In this document: one piece after another, positions 13,401-26,638 of the stretch
Position numbering within the stretch: the stretch's first letter is position 1
Layout of the letters: every line of letters begins with the position of its first letter
Notes under the pieces: generated by a model
The model's database searches: none
The model's input: the letters and a program-made list of their open reading frames with translations, nothing else
What the model was told of the DNA's origin: nothing
Assembly: GCF_006345805.1 (NCBI RefSeq)
Contig: NC_043024.1
Coordinates: forward strand, 13,640,001 to 13,704,000
Reading direction: 5' to 3'
DNA length: 64,000 bases
Origin: Octopus sinensis
Lineage: Eukaryota
Translations under genes and position numbers: made by a program

Positions 13401-13929
13401 CTTATTCAGCAAATACGGTTCACATTTGAGCGGTGTGCATATTTCGCTATACATCCAACTGCTTCGACGTCTTCCTTATGACATGAATCAGATATCGCCA
13501 TGAGGAGTTCAACTTCCAACAGTCAATAATTTCTACTTCACACCCCTTCTTTAGAGATACGACCCTGGGGTTGATTTCATTTATGATAACCTTAGATTTA
13601 GTTCGGCTTTTAGAACCTTAATTCCATGAAAATTCTCTTTAGTGAGATTCTGGGTTTCTTTTTAATCCTTTTTAATTTCGTCAACTTTCAGTATTCAAAG
13701 ATACAAATATATGCTACTTCGACATTTCAGGATTTTTATATTCTCGCCATCAGATTGATCTATTGCATCACTTTTTATGAGTTTTCTCGCTTCAACCCTA
13801 GCAACGCATATTTCCCGACTGGCAATGTCATTCCAATGTCACTATTAAATATTCATACACTTTACACCCAAGAATCGAGTTTGATTCTTGCCATTGCCAT
13901 AAGCCTTTAAAATGCCCGTCAAAATAGGC

Positions 13930-14040
13930 TTATTATTATTATTATTATTATTATTATCATCATCATCCTCATCATCATCATCGTCATCATTATTATTGTT
14001 ATCATTCTTCTTCTTCTTATTATTATTATTATTTTTGTTA

Positions 14041-14075
<35 letters not shown>

Positions 14076-14076
14076 G

Positions 14077-14117
<41 letters not shown>

Positions 14118-14268
14118 GTTGTTATTATTATTATTATTATCATTATCATTGTTATTGTTATCATTATTGTTATCATTCTTCTTCTTCTTATTATTATTAT
14201 TATTATTGTTATTGTTATTATTATTATCATTATTATTATTATTATTGTTATTGTTATTATTATTATTA

Positions 14269-14299
<31 letters not shown>

Positions 14300-14307
14300 C
14301 ATTATTA
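13930..14307. repeat. Compound (ATT)n/(ATC)n/(TTC)n microsatellite, ~375 bp
   Basis: Read directly. It produces the spurious poly-L/N/I ORFs in the track. Confidence 0.95.
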
Positions 14308-16329
14308 CAGTGTACATTTAAGCACATAAGAGAGGCCCATAACAGGACATCTGACGCGCTAGAAGGAGTAGTTAAACTCCAAACGACTATTAGGGGTAAT
14401 TTCGAAAGGGAATGAAAAATAAAAACATTTACCCTCGGTTTCCTGTACCATGGTTTCAAGCTATCTTTAGCAAATAAAATAATTTACTTGGCGAAGCTAT
14501 CGTCAGTAGGAAAGCCAAGATTAACATATGAAGAGGAGGCGATACAAAACACATGTGCACCGCTTGCACCAAGGTGAACCCTACCAAGCAATCCCATGAG
14601 CAGGACCGCATTTACAAATCCCTTACACATACCAATCCCCAAGGCTTCCCAACACCTAACGCAAACCAATCCCCAAGGCTTACCAATTCCTAACACTTAG
14701 CAATACCCAATCCTTGCTTTGCACGTGTATACTCACGTAGGTGCGCGTGAACAGGCGCAACCTGCACGAGTATTCGTGTGCGCGCACACACTTTTATACA
14801 TGCCTACATGCATGCAAATATATATATATATATACATATAGACATGAACATATGAAGGAACACGCCTGTGTATATGTGTGAATGTGTACGTATGCATGTG
14901 TATGTATGTGTCTTCATCTTTTGTCTATAAATTTATGCATATGTATGTATATATACAATGTATATATATGTATGTTATTAAGGTTCTCGTTTTTGTTAAA
15001 TAAATAAATAAGTCAAAATAAGTCAACATTCTAATAACTTAAAGTTGAAGAACCAACTAAATTGTTTCTCCATTTTCTCATTTGTATTATATTTATTGTG
15101 TTATGCATTGATTTATAAATAATAATCTAGCGAATTCGCCAGGCAACCGCCTTCAAATGGAGCTTTATTTATCGACCGGTTGAAAAGTGAAAGTAGACCA
15201 TGGAGCGATTTGAAATCAGGACGCAAGACGCTCGGAAGAAATCCATGAGTCATTACATCCAAATCTCTAACGACATTTCCATTTCACCGTCCATAGAAGA
15301 AAGTCTCAGATCCGAGCATAATTCCTTCGTTCCATTCCCCTAATTCCGGATATCCAGAAAAAATTTACAATGTTGACCTTTGTCCAGTCGCTAATGCATT
15401 CCATAAATAGAAAATTAAAATTCTTCGAGAATAAATGCCACACACTGCGCAGATATATCTTCACGAGTTTTAGCCATCAATCATGCACATCTTTGTGGCG
15501 AAAATTCGTGATCAAAATGAGTTATCAAAGAAGAAAATCATCCAAAGATGTTGTCACTTTTTTTTTCTTTTTTGCTGTGTGTATTGGTTGTTTATGAGGA
15601 ATTTTACTGCTTAATGAATATTTCATGAAAATTAGAATTTGCTTCATTCCTCTTCTTTGAGTCATTTGAAAGGAAGCAGTTTAAGAAATATCATAAATCG
15701 TGAATTCAGCTTGGTATTTCACAAAACAGCATGTCTTTATGTTTAACCAAATAAAATTGATTTGTGAAGAGGTCCAAACAGTCGTTAAGTATCTCCGACA
15801 CGAAACTTTTTTTTCATAACGTTTGTTTTATTTTATTTTCTTTATAAAAGAACCAACTAGCCGTGCCTACATCTTGCAGACTCTGTTTTATCTATTCAAA
15901 TGCGAAGAATGAGCAAAAGGAATAAATAGAATTTTTAAAAAATACTCAAAAAATAAATTTCAAAATAAAGAAAGAAAAATATTTTATATTTTGAACTGAA
16001 ATGATTGTTTTGTTGTTGTTTTCTTTCTTGTACTTAAAAAAATTGAAATATTTTTCTTTAGCTTTCATTTTACATTAAATGTCCGATTGGTTCTGATTAT
16101 GAAAACGGGATTACTAGTAATCGATATTTCACATGATTAATTTACATTCTAAGTGATAGTCCAATACAGAATTATAGTTTTATATAGCCTAATGTAGGAT
16201 TTTAGTAATCTAGAGTCCGATATGTATAATTCATACTTGCACCTACGAAACTTAGTAATGTTTGTGATACCGAAGTTCGGTTCCTGCAACAGTCGATTCT
16301 CCTATTGAAGTGTTGAGGATACGCCCGTA

Positions 16330-16500
16330 TCAATGTATGTGCGGGTATGACTATATAAGTAAAAAACAGGCTTTGCAAGCACACGATTTCTGGTTCGGCC
16401 CCACAGTCTGGCACCTGGGGTAAGTAAGTGTCTTGTACTATAGCCATGAGTCGACCAATGCCTTCAGTAAATTTTATAGACTGAATCTAAAATAGGCTTA
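16330..16500 (+). mobile_element. Diverged SINE family B head
   Basis: ggttcggccccacagtctggcacctggggtaagtaagtgtcttgtactatagcc..gtcgaccaatgcc aligns with the family B head and CORE. Confidence 0.55.
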
Positions 16501-16780
16501 TCTTATGTGTGTGTGTGTGTGTGTGTGTTTTCTGTGTGAAACAAAATAAAAAACAAGTACAAATGCGTGACCCTTACATCTAGTCTCCAATGTTCTTACT
16601 TTCACTCTGATCAAACAACTCTGAACAGAGGGGTACAAAGATGTGATAATCTCATCTTTTATTTGATAAACTACTACATCGCCTTCCATTTTCTATTTTA
16701 TCTGCAGGATATTTGATGTGAATTCGTGCGTTGAAACAGATCTTATTGGTCTTGGGACGATCATTACGCCAACAATGGCG

Positions 16781-16988
16781 CTTTCTACTATAGGCACAAG
16801 GCCTGAAAAATTGGGGGAGGTATAAGCCAATTAAATCAGCTCGATTAAACTGGTATTTAATTTATCGACTCCGAAAGGATGAAAGGCTAAGTCGAACTTC
16901 GGCGGAATCTGAACTCAGAATGTAGCGACGGGCGAATACTGATACGCATTCCGTCCAGCGGATTAGCTATTCTGCCTGCTTGCCGTCT
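16781..16988 (-). mobile_element. SINE family A, short-tail variant
   Basis: Family A core and head, with tail ctttctactataggcacaaggcctgaaaaattggggg. Confidence 0.8.
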
Positions 16989-17020
16989 ACATTAAGCCAA
17001 CAATAATAACACATGTACTA

Positions 17021-17625
17021 AAGCGGCGAGCTGGAAGAAACGCTAGAACGCCGGGCGAAATGCTTTGCGGTATTTCGTCTTCCGCTACGTTCAAATGCCG
17101 CAGAGGTCGACTTTTCCTATCATCCTTTTGGGGTCGATTAAATAAGTACCAATTACGCACTGGGGTCGATATAATCGACTTAATCTTTTGTCTATCCTTG
17201 TTTGCATCTCTCTGTTTAGCCCCTTGTGGATAGTAAAGAAATAGGTATGTCGTTTGCCGCTACGTTGTGAGTTCAAATTCCCCAGAGGTCGAATTTCCAT
17301 TTCATCCTTCCGGGGTCGATTAAGTAAGTACCAGTTACGCACTGGTGTCGATATAATCGACTTAATCTGTTTGCCTGTCCTTGTTTGTTCTCTCTGTGTG
17401 TAGCCCCTTGTGGGCAGTAAAGAAATATGAAACTTTAGCGTGCTGGGCGAAATACTTAGTGGTATTCCGTCTGCCGCTACATTCTGAGTTCAAAGTTCGC
17501 CGAGGTCTATTTTGCCTTTCATCCTTTCGGTGTCGATAAATTAAGTACCATTTGCGTACCGGGATCGATCTAATCGACTGATCCCCTCCCGCCAAATTTC
17601 GGGCCTTTTGCTTAGAGTAAAAATG
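17021..17625 (+). mobile_element. SINE family A trimer (head plus three tandem ~190-bp units)
   Basis: Three successive core and tail units. The first junction is AAGAAATAG|GTATGTCG at ~17244. Confidence 0.9.
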
Positions 17626-18469
17626 AATAAGAACACCTGCACCGATTCAATAACACTTCCTTACAGTAAGATCAGATCTTGCTGAGAGAGGGTAAGTTAT
17701 TAAGTCACTGAAAAGGTCGCGACGGCAAGAAAAGGATTTTGACTAACAAACAACATATTGATTATTTAGCCAGCACATTTAACAAACGAGAAATTACTGT
17801 GTTTGTTAAATATTTAACCAGCTGACTAACAATAAAAGGTGGCATTGCACCAGTGCGTGTGTTATCATTATTATTGGCGTAATGACCGTCCCAATACTAC
17901 ATTTCTTATTTTCGATATTTCTTTAGATTTTCATTTAAAGAGGCTTCACACCTTTGCTTTCGAAGTCTGACGAACAGACACGATCGTCTCCACTGGATCC
18001 CGCAATTGCTAGTGCATGCAATTATTGACAGACACGTATCTTATTTATAAAGACTCCAAAAGTATATTAAGCCTACGCAGCCAGAATAGAAGTGTATAGC
18101 TCAATATTCTCAGGCATTTTCTCTGTAAATTTAATAATTTCCCTTCACCCTCCATTATTTATTAATCATGTTTTTTTCCGCCCTCATAGCAGGATTGCTT
18201 TCGATCATAATTTTAGAGGAATGGAAATAGCAGGATTCTGAAAATGACAATAAGGGGATTTGCTTTCTCCTGTGGAAAGTAATGCAAAATCTAAATAAAA
18301 TTATGAATAGGGACATTTTCTTTTTTTGTCATAAATTATATTCAGTTTTGAATTTTTTATAATTTTAGCAACGCCATGAACAACCTCGTGATTACTTATT
18401 TAAAGATACGACATTACAACGTAATCATCACAGTGTCAGCGATGACAGCAATATTAGAATTGGCATTTA

Positions 18470-19030
18470 AGGCGGGGAGCTGACAGAATCGGTGGCGCAT
18501 CAGGCTAAGTGCTTAGCGGCATTTCTTCCGTGTTTACATTCGGGGTTCAAATTCCGTGCGCAGTACAAATTAACCTTTCATCATTTCAAGATCGATAAAA
18601 TAAGTACCAGTTGCGCACTGGGTTAGAGTGATCGACTTACACACGTTCCCGACATTGCCGGCCTTGTGCCAAAATTTGAAACATAACATAAGTATTTTCT
18701 CGAGCACTAATACCAGTGACAACCATATGGTATTCAACAGTAATATTGATATGAAATCTTGATAGAAAACTAGGAATTTCGAAGAGTTGGGTGATAAGTC
18801 AATTACATCGACCCCAGCACTCGACGAGTACTCATTTTATCGATACCGAAAGAATGAAGTCAAGTCAATTTCGGCAGAAATTCAACAGTAATTTTGTTTT
18901 CTAATTCTGGTACTAGGTCCACAGTTTTAGGGGATTTGTCAAGTCAATTAAATCGACCCTAGTGCTCAGCGGGTATTTATTTAATCCACTACAAAGCAAC
19001 AAATAGCAAAGGCGACCCCTGCAGAATTAA
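18470..19030. mobile_element. Cluster of older family A-like SINE copies (+ 18470-18680; - 18770-19030)
   Basis: ggcggggagctgacagaatcgg...gggttcaaattcc...taagtaccag on plus; gtcaattacatcgaccccagcac and gtcaattaaatcgaccc on minus. Confidence 0.65.
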
Positions 19031-19779
19031 ATTTGATATTACTTTTAAGAAAATAAAACAAACCTTCAACTCATCCTTCTAGTTTCATAGAATAAAATAA
19101 ATGCTGAAGATACTATAATAATTGTAAACATCTAAGAAGCAGTTTTATAAGATCTAGAGTACTTTCTTAATTAGAGTCGGTTTGATGATACGAATACAAG
19201 AAAAATCACGGAGGTTTCTTGCTGAAACGGTGAAAATTTCGGATAGAAAATGATATGTTATGTGAAGGGCATGAAAATGCGACAAAAACATGGCTGTTTG
19301 AAAATTATCTCAAAAATCTTACAGAATATTGCTTCCAACATTTGACACAATGCCATCAATGTCAATGGAGGGGTGGTTCGTTTACATTGATACTATTGCC
19401 CGAAAGGGCGAAAGGTAAATTTGTTGAACTCAGAAGGTAAAGACAGATGAAATGCCGTTACGCATTTTGCCCAGCTCGCCCAGAAGATTATAACTATTAT
19501 TTTCTAATCTTAGCACAAACCCAGCAATTTCAGGATAACTGGGACATATGTATGTGCCCTCATTCCTAAAACTAAAAAAATCTTATAGCAGTCAGATACA
19601 ACCAGAGTGTTGATCAGTTAGCAACTAAACTTCACAACCTCATATGTTCCTAAAATTCATATCTACATCTTTATCTGTATATTTACCTTCTCTAAAATGT
19701 TATTACTTGGTTTGAAAGCTTTTATATTATTGGAAAACCTATATAAATTGGCTGAAGAGTACTCAGCACCTTAAATCTG

Positions 19780-19958
19780 CTGTAATACTTACAGCTTTTA
19801 ATAAAATGTTGTAGTAAGAGACAATTGTACTAAATTACTGGAGTCATTCTTGTTGCTATTTTTGATTATAATCACCCCGCAAATTTTTATGGGTAACACC
19901 ATACAAAATTCTGGTGCATCTAAATTAAGTACCATATTCATTTGAATCTAAATTGTTG

Positions 19959-19960
<2 letters not shown>
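19780..19960. repeat. Unclassified repeat with terminal motif AATTCTGGTGC..TTAAGTACCATATT next to (TA)n
   Basis: Homologous to 41310-41510. The terminal motif also occurs at 4163-4195. Confidence 0.7.
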
Positions 19961-20029
<69 letters not shown>

Positions 20030-21217
20030 CAATTATCCTGAAATATATATATATATAATATTGGATCCAATAGCTACTTTTGTAATTGCTGTGCAGCACA
20101 GAAAGCTTGATGATACAAATCCAATGACCAAAGAGATTGTACCTGTGGACATGCAGTTTTACCTGAGATAACGATTCATTAGTTAGGCACTACGTCATTG
20201 CATTTAGTTTTTAAACCAGTAACATATTATTCTATGACCGTTTGGTTGCTATTTCTACCATGACGCGTGGCCACGTTGAGGCTGTTTTCTTATATTTTTA
20301 CCTCCAACTATAATTTAGTCGATACTATATTAGGATCATTACCTTTTCGTTCACGTGACTTTTATCATGAGCCCAACCATTGCCCTAAAATTTACAGTTT
20401 ATTCCTGGCTTAAGATCCCATGAAAATCTCTTGTTGTTAAATTAAAAATTCTTTTTGATCTCCTATCAAGCAGAAGTAAATGGGATATTTGTTTATAACT
20501 CACACATACGAAAATAGACCCTTCTCCGCACATCACCAAATGAATATGCAGGATAGCAACAAAGAAATCATTAATGAACTCAAAGAGGAAAAATCATTTT
20601 GTTTTCTATGTGTATAAAATCAAATTTACACTTGAAGTATCTTCGTAATTTTTAGTTTACCGTTTGTATGTTAGTGTTTATTGTTGGTGTTTTTGCTTTC
20701 CTCATGTAATCAGGAAATATTTGGTTCTAAACTATTTCTTCACATCTTTTCAGGTAAACGATAAATTGAAGTATTAAGAATATTTCTTTTATCGGATAAT
20801 CTATAATTTTCTTGAAAGGTTTTATAATAATATTTCAGTGTTTCTTTTTGCGGATTTTTGTTTAAACGTTTATGAAATTTAATAATAACTGTTCACACAT
20901 AAATAATGGAATTAACGGAACTCGCTTCATGTATGAAATAAATGTTTGATAAATCTGGGCGTTATAACAGGTTTTCCATTTATTTAGATATTTTATTTGT
21001 GGATTTCAATATATACATGTGTGCGTATATGTGTTTGTGTATGTGTACATATAAACAATATATATATATATTTATGCATTTCTAAAGTACATATATACAT
21101 ACATTCACGTGCATACTGCCACACATATTTATACACGAATATTTCGAATGATATAATCTGAGTTCTATAAAAGGCTTCAAAATAAGTTGGATTGTTATTT
21201 ATAAAAATATGCGTTAT

Positions 21218-21274
<57 letters not shown>

Positions 21275-21350
21275 TGTGTGTGTGTGCGTGTATGGAACCG
21301 TATGTATATATAGACATATGCATATATGTGTACGATATACATGTATACAT

Positions 21351-21397
<47 letters not shown>

Positions 21398-22039
21398 TCT
21401 TTTTATTTCTATCTATATAAATTTATATTGTTATTTTGTAATTCGCTCTCTGCCCTTTCTTCGTTTATAACCTTATATATTCTATCCAACGCATTTACAT
21501 CTTTGCTTATTAAAAATGATTGACATCAACAAAAATTTAATATCTTCCAACATAATTCAAGCATCGGGAATTTGTTATGCGTGCGTCCTTGGCTTCCATC
21601 ATATATTTTGTATTCAAACATTTACTCTCTCTTCCTAACGATTTTCGCTCATCTCATACTCAAAATTCATGACATGGACGTCTTTATAAACACCAAATAT
21701 CTCAGAAAGATTTGAAAATTAATTTACAATATGAAGGTGCCGTGCAGAGCCGAAGATTTCAGAAGTTCGCTTCACAACCGCGCATTCCATCTAATTGTAT
21801 GCTGCACAAGGTGATTATGCTTAATGTTTCTTCGGGACGTGAATGGAATTTGGTAATTTAGTTGCTAGAATTTTCAAAATCTTGTAACACAGCTCTCTCT
21901 CTCTCTTTCTTTCCCTCTCAGTCTCTCTTCCCATCTCCCCATTCCCCCCTCTCTCTCACTATGTATATATACGTATATATACATTATATATAATATATAT
22001 ATATATATATTTATATATATACATATATTTATTCTTTTA

Positions 22040-22260
22040 TTCTTTTGCTTGTTTCAGGTGTTTCAGTCATTTGATTGCAGCCATGATGGATCACAGCCTT
22101 TAGTCAAACAAATCGATCCCAGGACTCATTCTATCAAATCTAGTTCTTTTATTCGGCTTCTCTCTTTTGTCAATCCGCCATGTTACGTAGTAGTAAACAC
22201 ACCAACATCGTTTGTGAAGCAATGATGGGGGGACAAACTCAAAGACACACAAATACATAC
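22040..22260 (-). mobile_element. SINE family B tail fragment
   Basis: tttcagtcatttgattgcagccatgatggatcacagcctttagtc...aaacacaccaacatcg. Confidence 0.7.
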
Positions 22261-22297
22261 CCAAGCATACTATGTATATAATATATAGATTATATAT

Positions 22298-22362
<65 letters not shown>

Positions 22363-22544
22363 TATGTATATATATTATATACATATATGTCTAATATATA
22401 TATATATATACATATATGTATAATATATATATATATATACATATATGTATATATATATATATATACATATATGTATATATATATTAATATATATATATAT
22501 TATATATATATATATGATGTATATATAATATATATAGTGACATA

Positions 22545-22790
22545 TATTTGCCATTTCAATATGGCTAACCCCTAAGGTGGATGCTACTGTAGTTTTTAGC
22601 CCCAGGAGGACACACTCCTACACTCCTCGGCCATAGACACACTTTCTGTGCCCTGTCAGTATTTGCAAAGGGAAGTCATCCTTCCCGTCTTCAACTTATG
22701 ATACACACGGACTCGAGTTTCGAGGTATTGACCTCTCGTCAGCGTGTGACAATCATAGTTGTCGGCGAGAATTAGATCTCCTTCACACAA
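22545..22790 (-). mobile_element. Family G: ~245-bp hammerhead-bearing repeat embedded in (TA)n (likely solo PLE pLTR)
   Basis: Homologous to 47088-47365 (tttgcca..tggc.aacc..ggtggatg.tact..ccccagga, gcaaagggaa..catccttccc). Flanked by (TA)n. Confidence 0.7.
22704..22748 (-). ncRNA. Type I minimal hammerhead ribozyme, intact consensus
   Basis: CACACG-CTGACGA-GAGGT(CAAT)ACCTC-GAAAC-TCGA-GTC-CGTGTG: all core nucleotides present, 6-bp stem I, 5-bp stem II with G10.1-C11.1, GUC cleavage triplet. Confidence 0.9.
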
Positions 22791-22829
22791 ATATATATAT
22801 ATATATATATATATATTTTATATATATAT

Positions 22830-23038
22830 AATACAAATGGGACAAGAACGCGAAACATCCAGATAGACGATACAAAGAAAACAAGGACGAGTCATTTGAA
22901 GTTTTCTTTCCACAATCGCGTTCCAGATTATCTTTGCAATTTCGGCTGGTTATACTAGAGATTGCTCCAATCTGGGCAGTTCCTATTCTTTGTCACCTAA
23001 GTAACTGGATGTTATGCGTTTTTGTCCCATTTTGCATT
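22830..23038. mobile_element. MITE-like ~210-bp element with ~33-bp imperfect terminal inverted repeats, in (TA)n
   Basis: aatacaaatgggacaagaacgcgaaacatccag (22830-22862) versus ctggatgttatgcgtttttgtcccattttgcatt (23005-23038). Confidence 0.65.
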
Positions 23039-23065
<27 letters not shown>

Positions 23066-23069
<4 letters not shown>

Positions 23070-23476
23070 CTTTATTGACCACAGGGGGCTATAGAGGGGA
23101 CAATCAAGGAGAAACAAATAGATTAAGTCGAGTACATCGACCCCAATGTACAACTGGTACTTATTTAATCGACCCCGAAAGAATGAAAGGCAAATCGAAC
23201 TCGGTGGAATTTGAACTCAGGACGTAACGGCAGACGAAATACCTATTTCTTTACTACCCACAAGGGGCTAAACACAGAGGGGACAAACAAGGACAGACAA
23301 AGGGATTAAGTCGATTACATCGACGCCAATGTGTAACTGGTACTTAATTTATCGAGCTCGAATGGATGAAAGGCAAAGTCGACCGCGGCGGAATTTGAAC
23401 ACAGGACGTAGCAGTAGACGAAATACCGGAAACTATTTCGCTCGGTGAGCTAACGATTCCGCCAGATCGCCGCCTT
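23066..23476 (-). mobile_element. SINE family A dimer
   Basis: Two units joined at gacgaaatacctatttctttac (~23232-23250). The head ends at cgccgcctt. Confidence 0.9.
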
Positions 23477-24675
23477 ATAATATCATGTATTGATGTGTAC
23501 AACTTGACTCCTGTTAGAAACAGATTTCTTGATTTCCCGCCTTCATTTGGTGATGAACAGCGATTAACAATGAAATGGTAAATTTTTGTACTTTCCCCTC
23601 AAAATGTGGCTCTAATGATGTTTCCATTGGGAATATATTTTTACGATCTTTCTTTAGTTACTTTTACATTATTTATGTTTTCAACTGGAAATTTCTTTTA
23701 ACAGGAATTTCTTGAATTATACCCCATGTTCAATATATATAAGTCTTCACTGGTTTATTTCCATGCTACAGACGATTCAAGCATGGCAGTTAAAGTGACA
23801 TAACGTTACCTGAGTTTATATTTAATCCGTTTAATTATGCTTTCGCCTTTTATGTTTGTCAGTAAAGTTATTCTTATATCATTTCCATACATTTTAGGTG
23901 AAAATCTTCGCTTAAATACATTAACAATATTTAAGGTCTACATTAAATATATATTGGCCAAAATTGATTTATTCGATGTCGTGTTTTCTTAAGACGATTG
24001 AAGTCTCCTATTTAAAGCAATCCGGTATAAAGTTATCTTCCATTTGGTCCGTTTTAATTATGGTTTACTGTTAGTTTTATATGGTTTTCTGTATATTTTA
24101 TAGGCTTTCAGGTTACAATGTTTATTGGTTTGTGTGCTTGTAATTTATACATATGTTTACTATTCCAAGTTGATTAGTGTTGGACTTATTCCACTTTATA
24201 TATATTTACAACTTGTTTTGACTATGTTCAATAAATTGTGGTCAATAAACCCAGTTCACGAGTTCGTTTTAATGGTTCTCCTTTTTACGTTCTATAATTA
24301 TTGTGGTCTTCATGTCAGTTTTAATGAGATTCTTCCCGATTCTACGTTTTATGTTAAAGTTATGATTAATTCTATTTCTGTTTTGGACCGATAAGCAGGT
24401 GTAAACAAGATAGACATATTGCCCTAGAATTTAGTACCTGATTCTGTTCTTGTCTATTTATTTCAAGACAGTGTCTTAATGCAATTAACACCACGGGATT
24501 AAGAGGTAAGCCTGCTACCAAAACCATCGTAATTTCCACGTGGCAGTAGAAAATGGTACATGTAGCTTTCTGATAATTTGGTCACTAAGGAGGGCGGAAA
24601 ATTCATAGAATGGCTATGAACGTTATTTACATTATTTGCATTTGACGGATATTTGTCCTCATCTTGTTTGTTGTT

Positions 24676-24725
24676 AACACACCTTTTCGGCTGATTTACC
24701 CCCCCCCCAGCCTTCATCAGGTGTC
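24676..24725 (-). ncRNA. Degenerate hammerhead motif (same family as 7843-7888), followed by an inverted partial copy
   Basis: GACAC-CTGATGA-AGGCTG..CAGCC-GAAA-AGGT-GTGTT. The plus-strand partial copy gaaggctggagggtatatcaaccgaaacgttg at 24731-24762 keeps GAAACGTT. Confidence 0.6.
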
Positions 24726-24779
24726 GTGGGGAAGGCTGGAGGGTATATCAACCGAAACGTTGCTCAATACCACAGTTTA

Positions 24780-25135
24780 TCTTGTCACTTCTTTGACCTC
24801 AACAAGTTGACCATGTCCCTTAGTGGCTGACGATATGTGCATCCCTGATCATGAGCAGAAGTTGTGCGGGTGCATCATAGCCATGTGTTGAGAGGAATTC
24901 TTGTGGGTTTGAATAATTTGCCTCTGGAAACATGGGTGTTTTGTTCAAGATCATTGAACAACCCTTATTCAGTGACCCTTTGAGAGGATGGGCTACTCAG
25001 CCTTACGAAAATTCTGGGCCCCACCTGCAAGGTTATGCACTGTTTATCATGATATGAGACCACTATGTCGTGCACATATGGTTGTGATGCATATGCCTGG
25101 TTTACTCTTATCAGATGGGTAGTGATGATTGCTAA
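24780..25135 (+). repeat. Unclassified interspersed repeat, family E
   Basis: catatggttgtgatgcatatgcctggtttactcttatcagatgggtagtgatga matches 33348-33400. Confidence 0.6.
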
Positions 25136-25666
25136 TATCCAACTATCAGAGGCCTATCCACGAGAAAGTGTGTGAAGAGAGGTTTAACGTAGGTACAATT
25201 TATGAAAATAAAAACCTTCACAATCTATAAAGCTTTTCAACAAGTATAACTGTTACAAGAATTATCATCTCGAATGAAGGGTAATCAAAGAATATCATTG
25301 TATGGGGTAAAATATACTGCAAAAACCGCCATAAACTAGGAAGCCAAATATGCATAAAACGAATATAATAATACACGAAATTAGCTTCATGAAGGATAAC
25401 TAAGAAAGCACTAGAACATAAAGCACAAAATCTTCACCATCTTCAGTTGCCACACTGATATCATTATGCCTTTGACACCTCAGCAATACCGTTGGATACG
25501 ATTGTGTCAAAAACATTAAAAATAATCTCTACTGGGAATTGATAGACACGAAGCAGGGTCTAAATATTTGCACAACATTTCCATTAGGTCTACACCTACT
25601 TACCGTTACAAAACGCATATATCCAAATCTTGGTAATTTCATCTCATTACATTTCCGTGCAACCTC

Positions 25667-25729
<63 letters not shown>

Positions 25730-26303
25730 TGTGTGTTGTGTGTGTGTGTGTGTGTGCGTGTTTGTTTAATTTGGAAGATCGAGATGAATGGGAAAAACGT
25801 GTGGAAATAGTTTTGTGGCCTCCAGAGGGACGACCTAGATAGATGGAAAGATTAAGCTGATATTTTACTAATAGTAGTTTTGAAGGTTAATCTCATATCT
25901 GTTTTGAATTCTACGCAAATTTTAAAATCCTTTTAGCATTAAGATTATAATGCGTTTTAAAGAATACCTAACGCTATTTATTTTGAAGCAAATCGAACAA
26001 ATGAATTATATATTCTTTAAATTGAGAACTCAATCTTAATATAATTTTAAGACGGAGCTGCCTTGAAATAATAGGTTACAGACTTGGAGTTTTGGATTGT
26101 AGGTAAATTATGCAACAGAGGCATCCACATACTATTGGTCCATACAACAAGGCTAGCGATGATAAAAGGGAAATTATTAAGTGGTAAGTGGTGAAATAGA
26201 AATAGGTCACGTGCCTATGAAACGAACGTCATTATCATTCGTCTGGGAAGAATTTATATCTGTGTATGAGTCTCTCTTTACACACACATACACACACACA
26301 CAT

Positions 26304-26341
<38 letters not shown>

Positions 26342-26344
<3 letters not shown>

Positions 26345-26638
26345 AAGGAAAGTTTACGAAAATGAACAAAAGATGAAAGCAGGTGGTGTACAAACAATCA
26401 TACGTATTAGTATAGCACTCAGGAATATATATATATATATATATATAATATATATATTATATATATATATATGTTGATTCGCTAGCCTCTGCACGCATTT
26501 TTTCTCTCCTTGTTTCTTTCTGTGTATCTTTCTGTTCAAGAGCGTAGGCTCGAAACGTAAGAGGCGCCATACTAATACAATTGTTGGTTTGTATTCCACC
26601 TGCCTTCGTCTTTTGTTTATTTTCATAAAGCTTCCCGT

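Noticed and set aside
14620-14700. Short direct repeat ACCAATCCCCAAGGCTT (x2) and a small ORF
   Set aside because: Only two copies and under 60 codons with no motif; a local duplication is a sufficient explanation.
17021-17625. CRISPR-like repeat-spacer array
   Set aside because: The units are ~190-bp SINE copies with no unique spacers, the context is eukaryotic, and there are no cas genes.
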